NCBI GenBank assembly: GCA_034530875.2
Contig: JAVRCJ020000012.1
Location: 64,001-128,000, forward strand
Direction: 5' to 3'
Length of the DNA stretch: 64,000 nucleotides
DNA from: Nostoc sp. DedSLP01
GTDB taxonomy: Bacteria; Cyanobacteriota; Cyanobacteriia; Cyanobacteriales; Nostocaceae
The position numbers and the translations under genes are program-made. The notes beneath the pieces are model-generated. The model was not told the origin of the DNA. It searched no databases and saw nothing but the letters and a program-made list of their open reading frames with translations. Positions 40,524 to 50,326 of the stretch are shown here, piece by piece; positions within the stretch are counted from its first letter, which is position 1; the number at the start of each line of letters is the position of its first letter.

Positions 40524-40613
40524 CTAGTACAGCACGGCCCAAAGAAACAGACGATTCAAAATGGGGCAAAAATTGAAAATATAATTCCTTTGACTTTTGT
40601 GCAACTGTACTAG
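40524..40613. repeat. CTAG-ended MITE-like element
   Basis: Inverted ends ctagtacag / ctgtactag. Confidence 0.5.
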
Positions 40614-40654
40614 CTCGATGTTGTCTAAAAAACAGTTAATCAGGAGAAATTCTC

Positions 40655-41305
40655 ATGGCGATCGCACTTGACAATATTAGTTCTGGCTTGAAGATCGATA
40701 TTGGCGGTATCAAAATTGGCGATATTAGTTCTAATTCCAGAAATGGTAGTGGTGGTAATGACATTATCTTCGGTCTCAATAGCAAGGACAATATCGATGG
40801 CAAACAGGGGAATGACATTCTCTACGGCAAGGATGGGAATGACACTCTCTTAGGCGGTAGTGGGAATGACATTCTCTTAGGCGGTGACGGAAATGATAAG
40901 CTCGTGGGGGGTACCGGAGCAGATAAGCTGACAGGCGGCAAGGGCAAGGACAGTTTCGGATATACAGAACTGACTGACTCTTTGTGGAATAATTACGATC
41001 GCATAACCGATTTCAGCATTGGCACCGACTCAATTGATGGCCCATATAGTGTCAATGCAGCAGGTGTCTTTGAGAAAGGCGGAGTCTTAACAGGAGCTTG
41101 GAATCCTGGAAAAATCAATGGTTGGATTGGTGCCGTACTGGCTCCGAAGAAGGCAGTGACTTTTCAGTATAAAGCTAATGGTTCTGCTCCCCTACAGACT
41201 TTCGTCGCTCTCAATGACAATATTGCAGGGTTCCAGTCTGGTCAAGATGCCATTATCGAAATCACTGGTTATAGCGGAAACTTGACCAATCTCACGATTG
41301 TCTAG
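40655..41305 (+). CDS. RTX Ca2+-binding protein with bluetail-like C-terminal domain
   Basis: About 8 GGxGxD-type nonapeptides, DRITDF, TFVALNDNIAGFQSGQDAIIEITG; AGGAG SD. Confidence 0.85.
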   Translation: MAIALDNISSGLKIDIGGIKIGDISSNSRNGSGGNDIIFGLNSKDNIDGKQGNDILYGKDGNDTLLGGSGNDILLGGDGNDKLVGGTGADKLTGGKGKDSFGYTELTDSLWNNYDRITDFSIGTDSIDGPYSVNAAGVFEKGGVLTGAWNPGKINGWIGAVLAPKKAVTFQYKANGSAPLQTFVALNDNIAGFQSGQDAIIEITGYSGNLTNLTIV

Positions 41306-41367
41306 GTATTCCAAAGGTAAAACTACTGCAATATCAGTGTTAGCTAGAAACTAATTACCTCATCAAT

Positions 41368-41503
41368 CAATAGGGGTCGGTTAACGTGTTTATTCCTCGA
41401 AGATCCCCCCAACCCCCCGATAAATTGGGGGGCTTACAACCCTGTTTTACCCCCTTAAAAAGGGGGTCGCCGTAGGCGGGGAGATCTTAACCGATCCGTA
41501 TTA
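41368..41503 (+). mobile_element. MITE, second copy of 39745-39880
   Basis: ggttaacgtgtttattcctcgaagatc...gggtcgccgtaggcgggg...cttaaccgatccgtatt. Confidence 0.85.
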
Positions 41504-41700
41504 CCTGAGAAATTACAATTTGCGATCGCATGATATGCAAATAGAGCATTAATGCGATCGCAAAACTTTGCCCGTACAGTTTCACATTAGACTCTTACAG
41601 AAGTCGGGAAAAGGGCAAAGGGAAAAGGTTTTTTATCCCTTACCCTTTTTCCTTTAACCTTTACCCAACTTCCATCTAACATTTTTGGGTTGGCAGACTA

Positions 41701-42081
41701 CTAGTAATTATTCCAACCGAGCATTTGGGCTATTTCCTCACAAATGAGTGTTGGTTTGAAAGGTTTTGTAATGATGCCGGCGATATCCATTTGAGTAAAG
41801 CGGCTGCGATCTTGTGGTAATACTTTGGCCGTTAGCAAAATTACTGGAATGGTTTTAGTTGTAGGGTTGGCTTTAAGTTCTTCGTAAAACTGGAAGCCAT
41901 CCATCTCTGGCATAGATACATCAAGGAGAATTGCATCAAACGCCTTTTCTTGGACTTTCAAGAGTCCTTCATCACCAGACTCAGCCGCGATCGCCTCCCA
42001 TCCTCCTAAATCCTCCAAACAGATGCAGGCAAGTTCTCGCAGCGATTCTTCATCATCAATCACAAGGATACATTTACTCAT
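41701..42081 (-). CDS. Single-domain response regulator
   Basis: ILVIDDE, DAILLDVSMPEMDG, LLTAK, ITKPF; ATGA overlap with the kinase. Confidence 0.92.
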   Translation of the reverse strand: MSKCILVIDDEESLRELACICLEDLGGWEAIAAESGDEGLLKVQEKAFDAILLDVSMPEMDGFQFYEELKANPTTKTIPVILLTAKVLPQDRSRFTQMDIAGIITKPFKPTLICEEIAQMLGWNNY

Positions 42082-45000
42082 GATTCTTTTGGCGGCATTG
42101 GCAAGGTGAAATAAAATGTGCTCCCTTCACCGAGGGTACTCTCTGCCCAAATATTACCATCGTGCTGGAGAATTATACTTTGACAAATCGCTAAACCAAG
42201 ACCAGTTCCTCCCTTGGCACGAGCATCAGAAACATCAACTTGTTGGAAGCGTTCAAAGATAGTTTCTAGTTTTTCGGCGGGAATGCCTCTGCCTTGGTCT
42301 TTGACTTGAAACAGAACACAGTCAGCTTGAGGTTGAGCAGACAAAGTAATAACTGAGTCGGGGGGAGAAAATTTGATGGCGTTGCTCAATAAATTTGTCA
42401 AAGTTTGGATAATCGAGTCTGGAGAAGCCCAGACGCGAGCAGTGGTAGAAATAATCGATAAAGTGACGCTGGCTGCCAGGGCAATTGATTGTACCTCTTC
42501 CACGGCTCTTTGCATTAAATCTTCTGCTTCACAGGCTTCCATAACAAGCTGCACCTGTCCCGCAGACAAACGTTCCAAGTCAAGGATGTCATTAACTAAA
42601 CGCACCAAGCGATCGCTATTGGTCAAAGCTTGCTGGAGCATCCTTTTGGCTTTTTCTGGTTTGTTGTCGTAAATACCAGTGTTGAGCAGCCCTAAAAATC
42701 CTTGAATGGCAGTTAATGGGGTGCGAAGTTCGTGGCTGACGATGGAAATGAATTCATTTTTCATCCGGTCAATAGCGTGCTGATCCGTGATGTCTTGGAT
42801 CTGAGCGACATAATATAATGGTTGGTTTTGACAATCTCGTACTAATGACAACCTCGTTAGTCCCCAAGCGATGCGTCCTCCATTACACAAATAGCGTAAC
42901 TCTACTTGAGCATTACGATTTTCATTGTTGAGAACTTGCTCGATGCAATGCTTGAGCTTAGTAACATCTTCTAAGTGAATTAACTCAAATACGCTCGTGT
43001 TTAGAGTCTCTAATTCCGAGTGACCAAGCATTTCAGCGAACATCGGATTGATTTGCAGCCAGCGCTCGTCCAATCCCAGCAGTGCCATGCCAATGGGAGC
43101 ATCATGAAAGGCATGGCGAAACCGGTCTTCACTCTCGCGCAGAGCTGACTCGGCTTGTTTGAGATTAGTAATATCTAGCAATACCCCATACCAAGCAATT
43201 TCGCCATTGCTGCGGCGTTCCGGGCGGGAGGTGGCACGTACCCACTTAATCTTCCCAGAAGGAGTGACAATTCGCCATTCGTGGGCAAAGGGTTGCAGGG
43301 TTCTAAGACTGCGAGTAGTTAGGCGATTGTAGAGAGGGCGGTCATCAGGATGCACTTGGTTATAAGTAAGTAAGGCATTCTTTAAGACTTGTTCTGGTGT
43401 CAATTCTTGAATTTCTCGGACTCCTGGACTGATATATTCATAGGCCATCTCATGTTTATCTGGGTAATAGGCAAGGATGTAAATTTGTGCTGGTGAAGCG
43501 GCGGCAATTTTTTGGAACCTAGCTTCGCTTTGCCGCAGAGCTTCTTCAATGCGTTTGCGCTCGGTAATATCGGTTACTCGCACTAAATGAATGACGCGAT
43601 CGGCAATGGAAACGCGCTTTGCAGCCAGGTTGCCCCAGAAAAGATTTCCTTTGCGGGTCACGTATTCAATTTCCTGACTCCAGACACCTTTTAGCTTTAT
43701 TTGGGCAGTGATTTCGGCCAGTTCCTCTAAGGTAAACTGATGGCGCTGAAGCGTATGACCTGTAATACCAATGAGTTCGGCTTTGCTGCTGGCTTCAAAC
43801 AATTCTACAGCTCGATAATTACAGTCAGCGATTAACAGAGTTTCGGAATCGACAATGAATAGAGCATCGGCAGATTCATTATAAATGCTCTCACGCAGGT
43901 CTTTTTGCTGCCGCAGTTCCAATTCTGCTGTTTTGCGTAAGCGAAGCTCGTCGTAGACATCGCTAATATCTTGAGTAACGACAATGATATGAGGCTGTCC
44001 CTGAAGCTCGATGGTATCGGCTGAAAACAGGACTGTGAGAATCCTGCCTGTTTTGTGACGAACGGCAAATTCCCTGTTACGAACTGGTTTACCTGCTTGC
44101 AAATCCTCCAAGTAGCGTTTTTGGTCTTCCAAATTCACCCAATATTTAATGTTTGCGATCGTGTGCCCAACAACTTCTTCCCTGGTATAACCATATAAAC
44201 TTGTAAAGGCATCATTCACGTCTACACATTTTCCATCTTGGCTAACGATCCTAATAGCATCAGGACAGGTACGAAATACTTTGGTGAAGCGTTCTTCCGA
44301 TTCTTGTAGAGCAATTTTAACGCGCTCAAATGAGTGTCTCAGTTGCTCGGCCATGCGATTAAAAGAGTAACTGAGGACTTGCAATTCTACAATTGGGCTA
44401 TCTTGTGCTATTGGCTGATTCCATTCTCCATCTGCCAAGGTCAAGCTGGCTTGACCCAATTGCTCTATGGGGCGGACAATGAATTGAGTCAGTAACAATC
44501 CTAAAGCGATCGCTGCACCCAAGGCAGTAATAATAAAAAGTATGGTGGCGCGTGTATTGGCAGCAATTTCTGCCATAAAGTCCGATTCTGGCACCACCGT
44601 CACAATCAACCATTGAAGACCCAATTTATCGCTGTAAGGGGTAACGAGTAAAAATTGTTTTTTACCTTCTATCTCAAAATTAAATTGCTGTGCGCTATTA
44701 ATCTTAGCCAAGTCACCAAAGCGAGAAACTAGATGCTGGCCTGCCAAACGCATCAGGGGGTGGTTGCTTTGTGTGACCTTCAGGCGTTTATTTTCTATCC
44801 AATTGCTACCTGTAACAAAGGGTTGTTCCGCGGTTGAAGAAGCAACCATCAATCCCGAATGCTCGATGATAAATACTTGTCCGTGAGTACCGACTCGCAA
44901 TTTTTTGAGAAACTCAGCAATGGTAACAAGTCTGAGATCGCTACTGAAAACTCCTTGGAGTTGTTTTTTTTGGTTATAAAGCGGGTAACTGGCTGCTATT

Positions 45001-45623
45001 CCCAGACCTCTGGAAGACGGTACGTATAAATAAATTGGCGTCCAAGTTGGTTTGCCTGCTGAGAATGCCTTTTGATAGAAGGGTCTTTGAGTGGCATCAT
45101 AGTTTTGCTGATTAACTAATAATTTTTGGCGCTGACCTTGACTATCGACGCTATATACATAAAGCGTCCCTTTGGTAAAATTCTTGGTGAAGGAAACGCT
45201 AAGACCCCGTTCATCGTTTCCGGCTCCCACGAGTCCGCCTTGGGGATTAACAAAATGAATTCTCGCAGAACTAAATTCTTGAATTTGAGCTAAAAAATAG
45301 CGTTCTAAACTTTTAGGATTGCTGATATCTACTTGTCCTAGCTTGCTGGCTCTAACATTAAGGCGATCTATCCAGTTTGGAGTCTGCAAGTAATTAGTAA
45401 GATACAGATGAATGCGATCGCTCACCTCGGTCATTAGCTGATATGCCAAGTTATTTACTGAATGCTGATAATTCCGCAAAGATATATAACTTGCTAATGC
45501 TGTGGTTCCAGCCGTCAGCAGTACAAAGGTAACGGTAAGAATGAGGCGTAGGGGAATTTTCAGCTTTTGTTTGTTGGCTTGTCTTTTCCCAAAAAGCTTA
45601 GATGTCACGTTGCTGCGCTCCAA
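42078..45623 (-). CDS. dCache-HAMP-multi-PAS histidine kinase
   Basis: YDATQRPFY Cache motif, HAMP, 4 PAS, SHELRTPL, DQGRG, GGTGLGL. Confidence 0.92.
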   Translation of the reverse strand: MERSNVTSKLFGKRQANKQKLKIPLRLILTVTFVLLTAGTTALASYISLRNYQHSVNNLAYQLMTEVSDRIHLYLTNYLQTPNWIDRLNVRASKLGQVDISNPKSLERYFLAQIQEFSSARIHFVNPQGGLVGAGNDERGLSVSFTKNFTKGTLYVYSVDSQGQRQKLLVNQQNYDATQRPFYQKAFSAGKPTWTPIYLYVPSSRGLGIAASYPLYNQKKQLQGVFSSDLRLVTIAEFLKKLRVGTHGQVFIIEHSGLMVASSTAEQPFVTGSNWIENKRLKVTQSNHPLMRLAGQHLVSRFGDLAKINSAQQFNFEIEGKKQFLLVTPYSDKLGLQWLIVTVVPESDFMAEIAANTRATILFIITALGAAIALGLLLTQFIVRPIEQLGQASLTLADGEWNQPIAQDSPIVELQVLSYSFNRMAEQLRHSFERVKIALQESEERFTKVFRTCPDAIRIVSQDGKCVDVNDAFTSLYGYTREEVVGHTIANIKYWVNLEDQKRYLEDLQAGKPVRNREFAVRHKTGRILTVLFSADTIELQGQPHIIVVTQDISDVYDELRLRKTAELELRQQKDLRESIYNESADALFIVDSETLLIADCNYRAVELFEASSKAELIGITGHTLQRHQFTLEELAEITAQIKLKGVWSQEIEYVTRKGNLFWGNLAAKRVSIADRVIHLVRVTDITERKRIEEALRQSEARFQKIAAASPAQIYILAYYPDKHEMAYEYISPGVREIQELTPEQVLKNALLTYNQVHPDDRPLYNRLTTRSLRTLQPFAHEWRIVTPSGKIKWVRATSRPERRSNGEIAWYGVLLDITNLKQAESALRESEDRFRHAFHDAPIGMALLGLDERWLQINPMFAEMLGHSELETLNTSVFELIHLEDVTKLKHCIEQVLNNENRNAQVELRYLCNGGRIAWGLTRLSLVRDCQNQPLYYVAQIQDITDQHAIDRMKNEFISIVSHELRTPLTAIQGFLGLLNTGIYDNKPEKAKRMLQQALTNSDRLVRLVNDILDLERLSAGQVQLVMEACEAEDLMQRAVEEVQSIALAASVTLSIISTTARVWASPDSIIQTLTNLLSNAIKFSPPDSVITLSAQPQADCVLFQVKDQGRGIPAEKLETIFERFQQVDVSDARAKGGTGLGLAICQSIILQHDGNIWAESTLGEGSTFYFTLPMPPKES

Positions 45624-45702
45624 TTCGCAATTTTCACCCCATAAATTAATTTATACGAATTACGTTAGCGCAGCGGGGCGAAGCCCATTATGAATTATTC
45701 AA

Positions 45703-47673
45703 TTACGTTCCCATCCTTTGTTTGAGCGTTTTAAGTTCTTGCTGTAAACGGGAGCGATCGATGCGACTCAGCGCACGAGTTACTAACTCCGGCCCCACTA
45801 TGGGTTTGCCAATAAAATCATCTGCTCCCGCTGCAAACACCCGCTGAATCGATTCTGTATCTGTATGAGCAGTAACAACTAAAATCGGTAAATTGCCCCA
45901 AGTTGCATCTTGTCGTACTACCCGACACAAGTCAATGCCGCTGTATCTCGGCATTGTCACATCTATAATCAACATATCTGGTTTTGTAGTAGTTAATACA
46001 TCCCAAAATCGTTTCGGGTCTTGCAAGGTCTTCACCCTCAGCCCCCAAGGTTGCAGTAGATTTCTTAATAACTCCAGCGCCATTGGATCGTCGTCTAAAA
46101 TCATTACCTTGGCTTGCGCGGTTTGGGATTGGGGGAGAACTTGGGCGATCGCCTCAAATACCTCGGCAGTAGCGATGTTTTGATGCAAATATCGTTTTAC
46201 TCCCAAACGAGAAACAGCAACTCGTTGTGCGAGATCGTCTTGTTCGGCCATCACCAAAATTGGCGTGGTTGGCAGCTGTTGTTTGAGTTTTTGCAGGCAG
46301 GTTAAACACCTTTGGGTTGAGTCTTGTCCGTTGAGATTGAGTAAAATAGCCTGGGGGGATTGACAAATTTTATCTTGAGCGATCGCTAAGTTGGCAGCAA
46401 CCTCAATCCGCACTCCCCAAGTTGTAGCTTCGGCTTTTAAGCGATCGCTAAAAGGTCGATCGTCGATAACCAGCACCAAGGGAGTCTGCGTTGCTTCCAG
46501 TTGTTCGATAGTTAATAGCTGGGGAGGTTTATTCAATGTTGCTTTGAGTTCCCTCAGCAGTTTTGACAGATGAGAGGCTTGTTTTGCTCCTAAAGATTCG
46601 TCCCCAAGCAAAAGATGTTCGATCCCCCGCGCTAGCTTCGATCCCATCTCATAGCCAAAGGAGCCTAACGTCCCTGCCAGCTTGTGTGCTTCGTTACCCG
46701 CACGAGATTGAAGTTCGGGGTGCAATTTTCCTGTCAACAAGCATTGTTCTGCTTGCTCTAGTAAAATCAATCGTTGGGCAAAGGTCTTTTGATAACGTTC
46801 TATTACTTTGTTGACTGAAGCAAGTGTTTGAGCTTTTGTTTTTCCTGTACCTTGAAGTTTCTGTGTTTCCTGGGGTTGCTGAATCGAGGTATCATCGAAA
46901 CTTGATAAAATTTTTACCCCTGCCTCCTTGAATCGAGCAACACCTTTATTCTTGCTCTGTTCCCCAGACAAAATATCTTTTATTTCCTCAGTCTGAGGTG
47001 GAGCCTTGAGACGATAACCCAAACCGTAGACGGTTTCTAGCAGTTCGGCAGACATCCCCGCCGCTTTGAGCTTTTGCCGCAAGTCTTTAATGAGATTGGT
47101 GACAGTTGCTTCGGTGGGCGTGGCATCAATTGACCAGAGGCGATCGATAATATCGCTGCGGCTAAAAACACGCTGCGGATTACGTAGGAACAACCCCAAC
47201 AAGCTATATTCTTTGGGGGTTAGAGATAGATTTTGCTGTTTGTAAGTTACCTCTGCGGATACGGGATTCACGCAAAGATTTCCCCAAGTAAGTAGCGTCG
47301 GTGCTAGCTCGGTCTGCCCTCGACGCAGCAATGCCCGTATCCGTGCCAACAATTCTGAAATATCGTAGGGTTTGGTGACATAATCATCTGCACCTGCATC
47401 CAATCCCTTCACGACATCGGCACTGCAATCTTTGGAAGTGAGCAAGAGAATCGGTTTTTGTACTCCCAAAGCCCGGAGTTGGCGGCAAAGACTATTTCCA
47501 TCTAGTTTGGGAATCAACAAATCCAACAAAATTAAGTCAAAGTTAGATGATGTTGCTAATTCCAACCCTATTTGACCATCTGTTGCTAGCTCAACCATAT
47601 AGTACTGAGACGTCAGGATCTCATAGAGTAATGCTGCCGTTGGGCGATCGTCCTCTACCAGCAGAATTTTCAC
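45703..47673 (-). CDS. RcaC-like multidomain response regulator (REC-wHTH-Hpt-REC-REC)
   Basis: Probable GTG start at 47673 (VKILLVEDD); ETVYGLGYRL; Hpt AHKLAGTLGSFG; two more receivers. Confidence 0.9.
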   Translation of the reverse strand: MKILLVEDDRPTAALLYEILTSQYYMVELATDGQIGLELATSSNFDLILLDLLIPKLDGNSLCRQLRALGVQKPILLLTSKDCSADVVKGLDAGADDYVTKPYDISELLARIRALLRRGQTELAPTLLTWGNLCVNPVSAEVTYKQQNLSLTPKEYSLLGLFLRNPQRVFSRSDIIDRLWSIDATPTEATVTNLIKDLRQKLKAAGMSAELLETVYGLGYRLKAPPQTEEIKDILSGEQSKNKGVARFKEAGVKILSSFDDTSIQQPQETQKLQGTGKTKAQTLASVNKVIERYQKTFAQRLILLEQAEQCLLTGKLHPELQSRAGNEAHKLAGTLGSFGYEMGSKLARGIEHLLLGDESLGAKQASHLSKLLRELKATLNKPPQLLTIEQLEATQTPLVLVIDDRPFSDRLKAEATTWGVRIEVAANLAIAQDKICQSPQAILLNLNGQDSTQRCLTCLQKLKQQLPTTPILVMAEQDDLAQRVAVSRLGVKRYLHQNIATAEVFEAIAQVLPQSQTAQAKVMILDDDPMALELLRNLLQPWGLRVKTLQDPKRFWDVLTTTKPDMLIIDVTMPRYSGIDLCRVVRQDATWGNLPILVVTAHTDTESIQRVFAAGADDFIGKPIVGPELVTRALSRIDRSRLQQELKTLKQRMGT

Positions 47674-47886
47674 AACATTTATAAATTTAAATCTCAAGTT
47701 TCTAGATTGATATTACCAGTTTTAGTCAAAAAGGCTTAACCCAAGCGTATTACCCTACACCTTTTTTCAACTTAGGAGGCACAGACCTTAGACTGTGATA
47801 CCGTTTCACTTTAAGATTGACGTGAATTCGACCAACCTCTCCCTGTCTTGAACTAGTGTTCAAGTCTGTCCCTCTCCGATTCGGAG

Positions 47887-49313
47887 CTACGGTGTACACA
47901 CAAGTAGACCCAGAGCGAGTTTCCAGCCAAAAAAGGTAGACTCAAATTGCTCAAGACCGCGAACCAAAGTAGTAATACCGGGAGGTTTTTGAGACTTGTA
48001 GCCAGACCAACCGCCAAGTCGAGCAATAATCCAAGTAGCCCAAGCCAGAGAAAAAGGAGGATAGGGATTTTGTTGCAGTCGAGTTTTGCCTTCCAAAATA
48101 GGAGCAAGAATAGATAAGCATTGCTGTTGCTCATGGGAAAAAGCAATATTTGCAGGTAAATCAGGGTTATCCCGTCCTTGAATCAGTTGTAAAATTCGCA
48201 CGGCGACGGACAAAGCTAATACAGTCAGTCGTTGAATAGCAGCAATCGATTCGAGCTGAGTGGCTTCGAGATTTAAACCAGCAGTTTTGAGGGTGGCGAA
48301 AATTTGTTCAATTCGCCATCGCCATGTGTACCATCGAATCACCTGTAGTGCTTGTTCTAAACAAACAACTTGGTGGGTGGTGAGCAATCGCCAATGAATC
48401 GGTGCTTGACCTGGTGGAGGGTTGACTTCCACGGCTTCCACGGCATAAAGTGTCACACTAGCCGGATAATCTTGTCCATTCAATTTATCCGGACGTTGAA
48501 TTTTCACCATTGCACGACGAACAATTAATAATGCCTCTCTTGCGGTTCTACTAATGCGTGCATCTGCTGGGACATCTACTGTGTAAGTCCCCTCGCTCGG
48601 CTGTTGATTTAAGTATGTATAAAGTGATGAAGTCTTTCCCACTAAGCGACGGTCAATGCGCGCTCTAACCAATACATGATTGTCTTGATTTGCGACTGTC
48701 ACAAATTCCTCATACATATCGCTTTCTCGGTCGCCGATATGGGTAATCATTTTGGCTTCACCAACACTGATGCACCGTTGAGTTTCATCAGCCGAACGCA
48801 GCCATTTGTATGATTCTTTCTCCTCTATTGGCAATTGGCTATAGTTTCGTTCATGCTTATCTTGATGGTTGATATCTCTAGTCCACTGTTGTACTGTACT
48901 TATCCCCAAGGGAAATCCATTTGCTGCATCTAATACTAGTGTCGGATGAATATAAAATCCTATATCTGTGTTGTTTCCTACTACACCTAGACCTGTGGCT
49001 TTCAATCTTCCTACATGAGGCTGCAAGTTAATTTCGCTGGTATCACTGATGGCTAATATATGCTTTCCTTCTACCTGTAATACACACTGGTCTGATAGGC
49101 TTCGCACTAATTCCCCTACTGTCACATTCTTATTCTCCAAAAACCGATAGTATCCTACTTGTTCGGCTCTATTTTTACTTATTTGTCGAATGCTGACTGA
49201 TTGATGTTTTCCCATTGCTTCGTACAATGCTGCCCCCTTTTTATCAGTCTTGGGTCTCCAAATGCTTTTCCCTTAACTGCTTGCGCGTGTATTCTGATTG
49301 GATTTTTCACCAC
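47887..49313 (-). CDS. tnp: IS4-family transposase, N-terminus in a different frame (-1 shift near 49232-49242)
   Basis: ISDTSEI, IGDRESD, YTWRWRIEQIFATLK (YREK), IARLGGW; upstream frame gives GTG...FGDPRLIKRG. Confidence 0.85.
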
Positions 49314-49373
49314 CTTTTACTCCCCACAACTCTTGCTCTTATTACTTTACTTGGACTTGTGTGTACACCGTAG
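47887..49373 (-). mobile_element. IS4-family (Tn5/IS50-like) insertion sequence, 1487 bp
   Basis: Perfect 19-bp inverted ends ctacggtgtacacacaagt; contains the transposase; no flanking duplication. Confidence 0.92.
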
Positions 49374-49417
49374 CCTTGGCAAGGGGAGGGTTAGGGTGGG
49401 GTAAACAAATATTTGAT

Positions 49418-50095
49418 TTAGATAATTGAATTGCTAAAAAATGCGATCGCCATCGCAAACAAACAAAAGCCAGCAACACTAATTTTCCATGTTGAAACTC
49501 GGTTAATTTCCGCCATACCCATCGCCGCACCAATTTCTCTGACACTCAGAGTAACTGCAAGCTGAGTTAAAGCCATACCTAGTATATACGTAAATAAAGG
49601 TATTATTTGCGACTGAATAATAGATTGGCTAACAGCGTAACCCTGAAATAAACCAACACTAGCACCCATCAGAGCAAGTATCACAAAGTTTGCTTGAGTT
49701 GGCACTATCAACATTATGCTTAAGACGATAGTAGAAATCGCCAACGCTATTTCTGTGCCTGGAAAATTTACCTGGAATAAATGAATTACAATACCCAAAA
49801 CTGCTGCTAAGGCAAAAGATGCGATTACCAAAGCGCCACGAACAAATATAGCTGACAGTAAGCCAATCGCAACAATACCAACTAAACAATCTAAGCGAAT
49901 CACTGGATCTGCTACTCCCCAGAGAAAGCCTTCCCAAGAGTTAGAGATGGCGTGAATCGCTGGCGTTCCACTCAACGAACTTAGCAAGCTAATTAATATG
50001 AGAACTGCGATCGCTCCAATATGGCGATCGGCTAACTTCGAGGTATAAAATTCCTTTGAAGCACCCAATTCTGATAATTTAGTTTTGAACATCAC
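49418..50095 (-). CDS. HupE/UreJ-family membrane protein
   Basis: HA...GFLWGVADPVIRLDCL...GTEIALAIS...GLFQGYA; several TM helices. Confidence 0.75.
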   Translation of the reverse strand: MMFKTKLSELGASKEFYTSKLADRHIGAIAVLILISLLSSLSGTPAIHAISNSWEGFLWGVADPVIRLDCLVGIVAIGLLSAIFVRGALVIASFALAAVLGIVIHLFQVNFPGTEIALAISTIVLSIMLIVPTQANFVILALMGASVGLFQGYAVSQSIIQSQIIPLFTYILGMALTQLAVTLSVREIGAAMGMAEINRVSTWKISVAGFCLFAMAIAFFSNSII

Positions 50096-50326
50096 TAATA
50101 TGCCAAATTAGTTTTTTCGGTAATTTATACTACCCACCTCTCCTGAAAAACTAACGTGGTAATAACGATAAATCATCTTAACTTTATAAAGTTATGTAAA
50201 GTCTCAGTAGTGATGACAGTATGCTGTAACTGAGTGTATAGATAATTACTATAATTTGGGATTGAAGGGCGATCGCTAATTAATAACCGTTACAACGACT
50301 ACTGACAATACAACTCAACAATAAAA

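Noticed and set aside
50120..50133. GTA-N8-TAC NtcA-like site upstream of the HupE/UreJ gene
   Set aside because: Six fixed bases occur often by chance, and no supporting promoter geometry was confirmed
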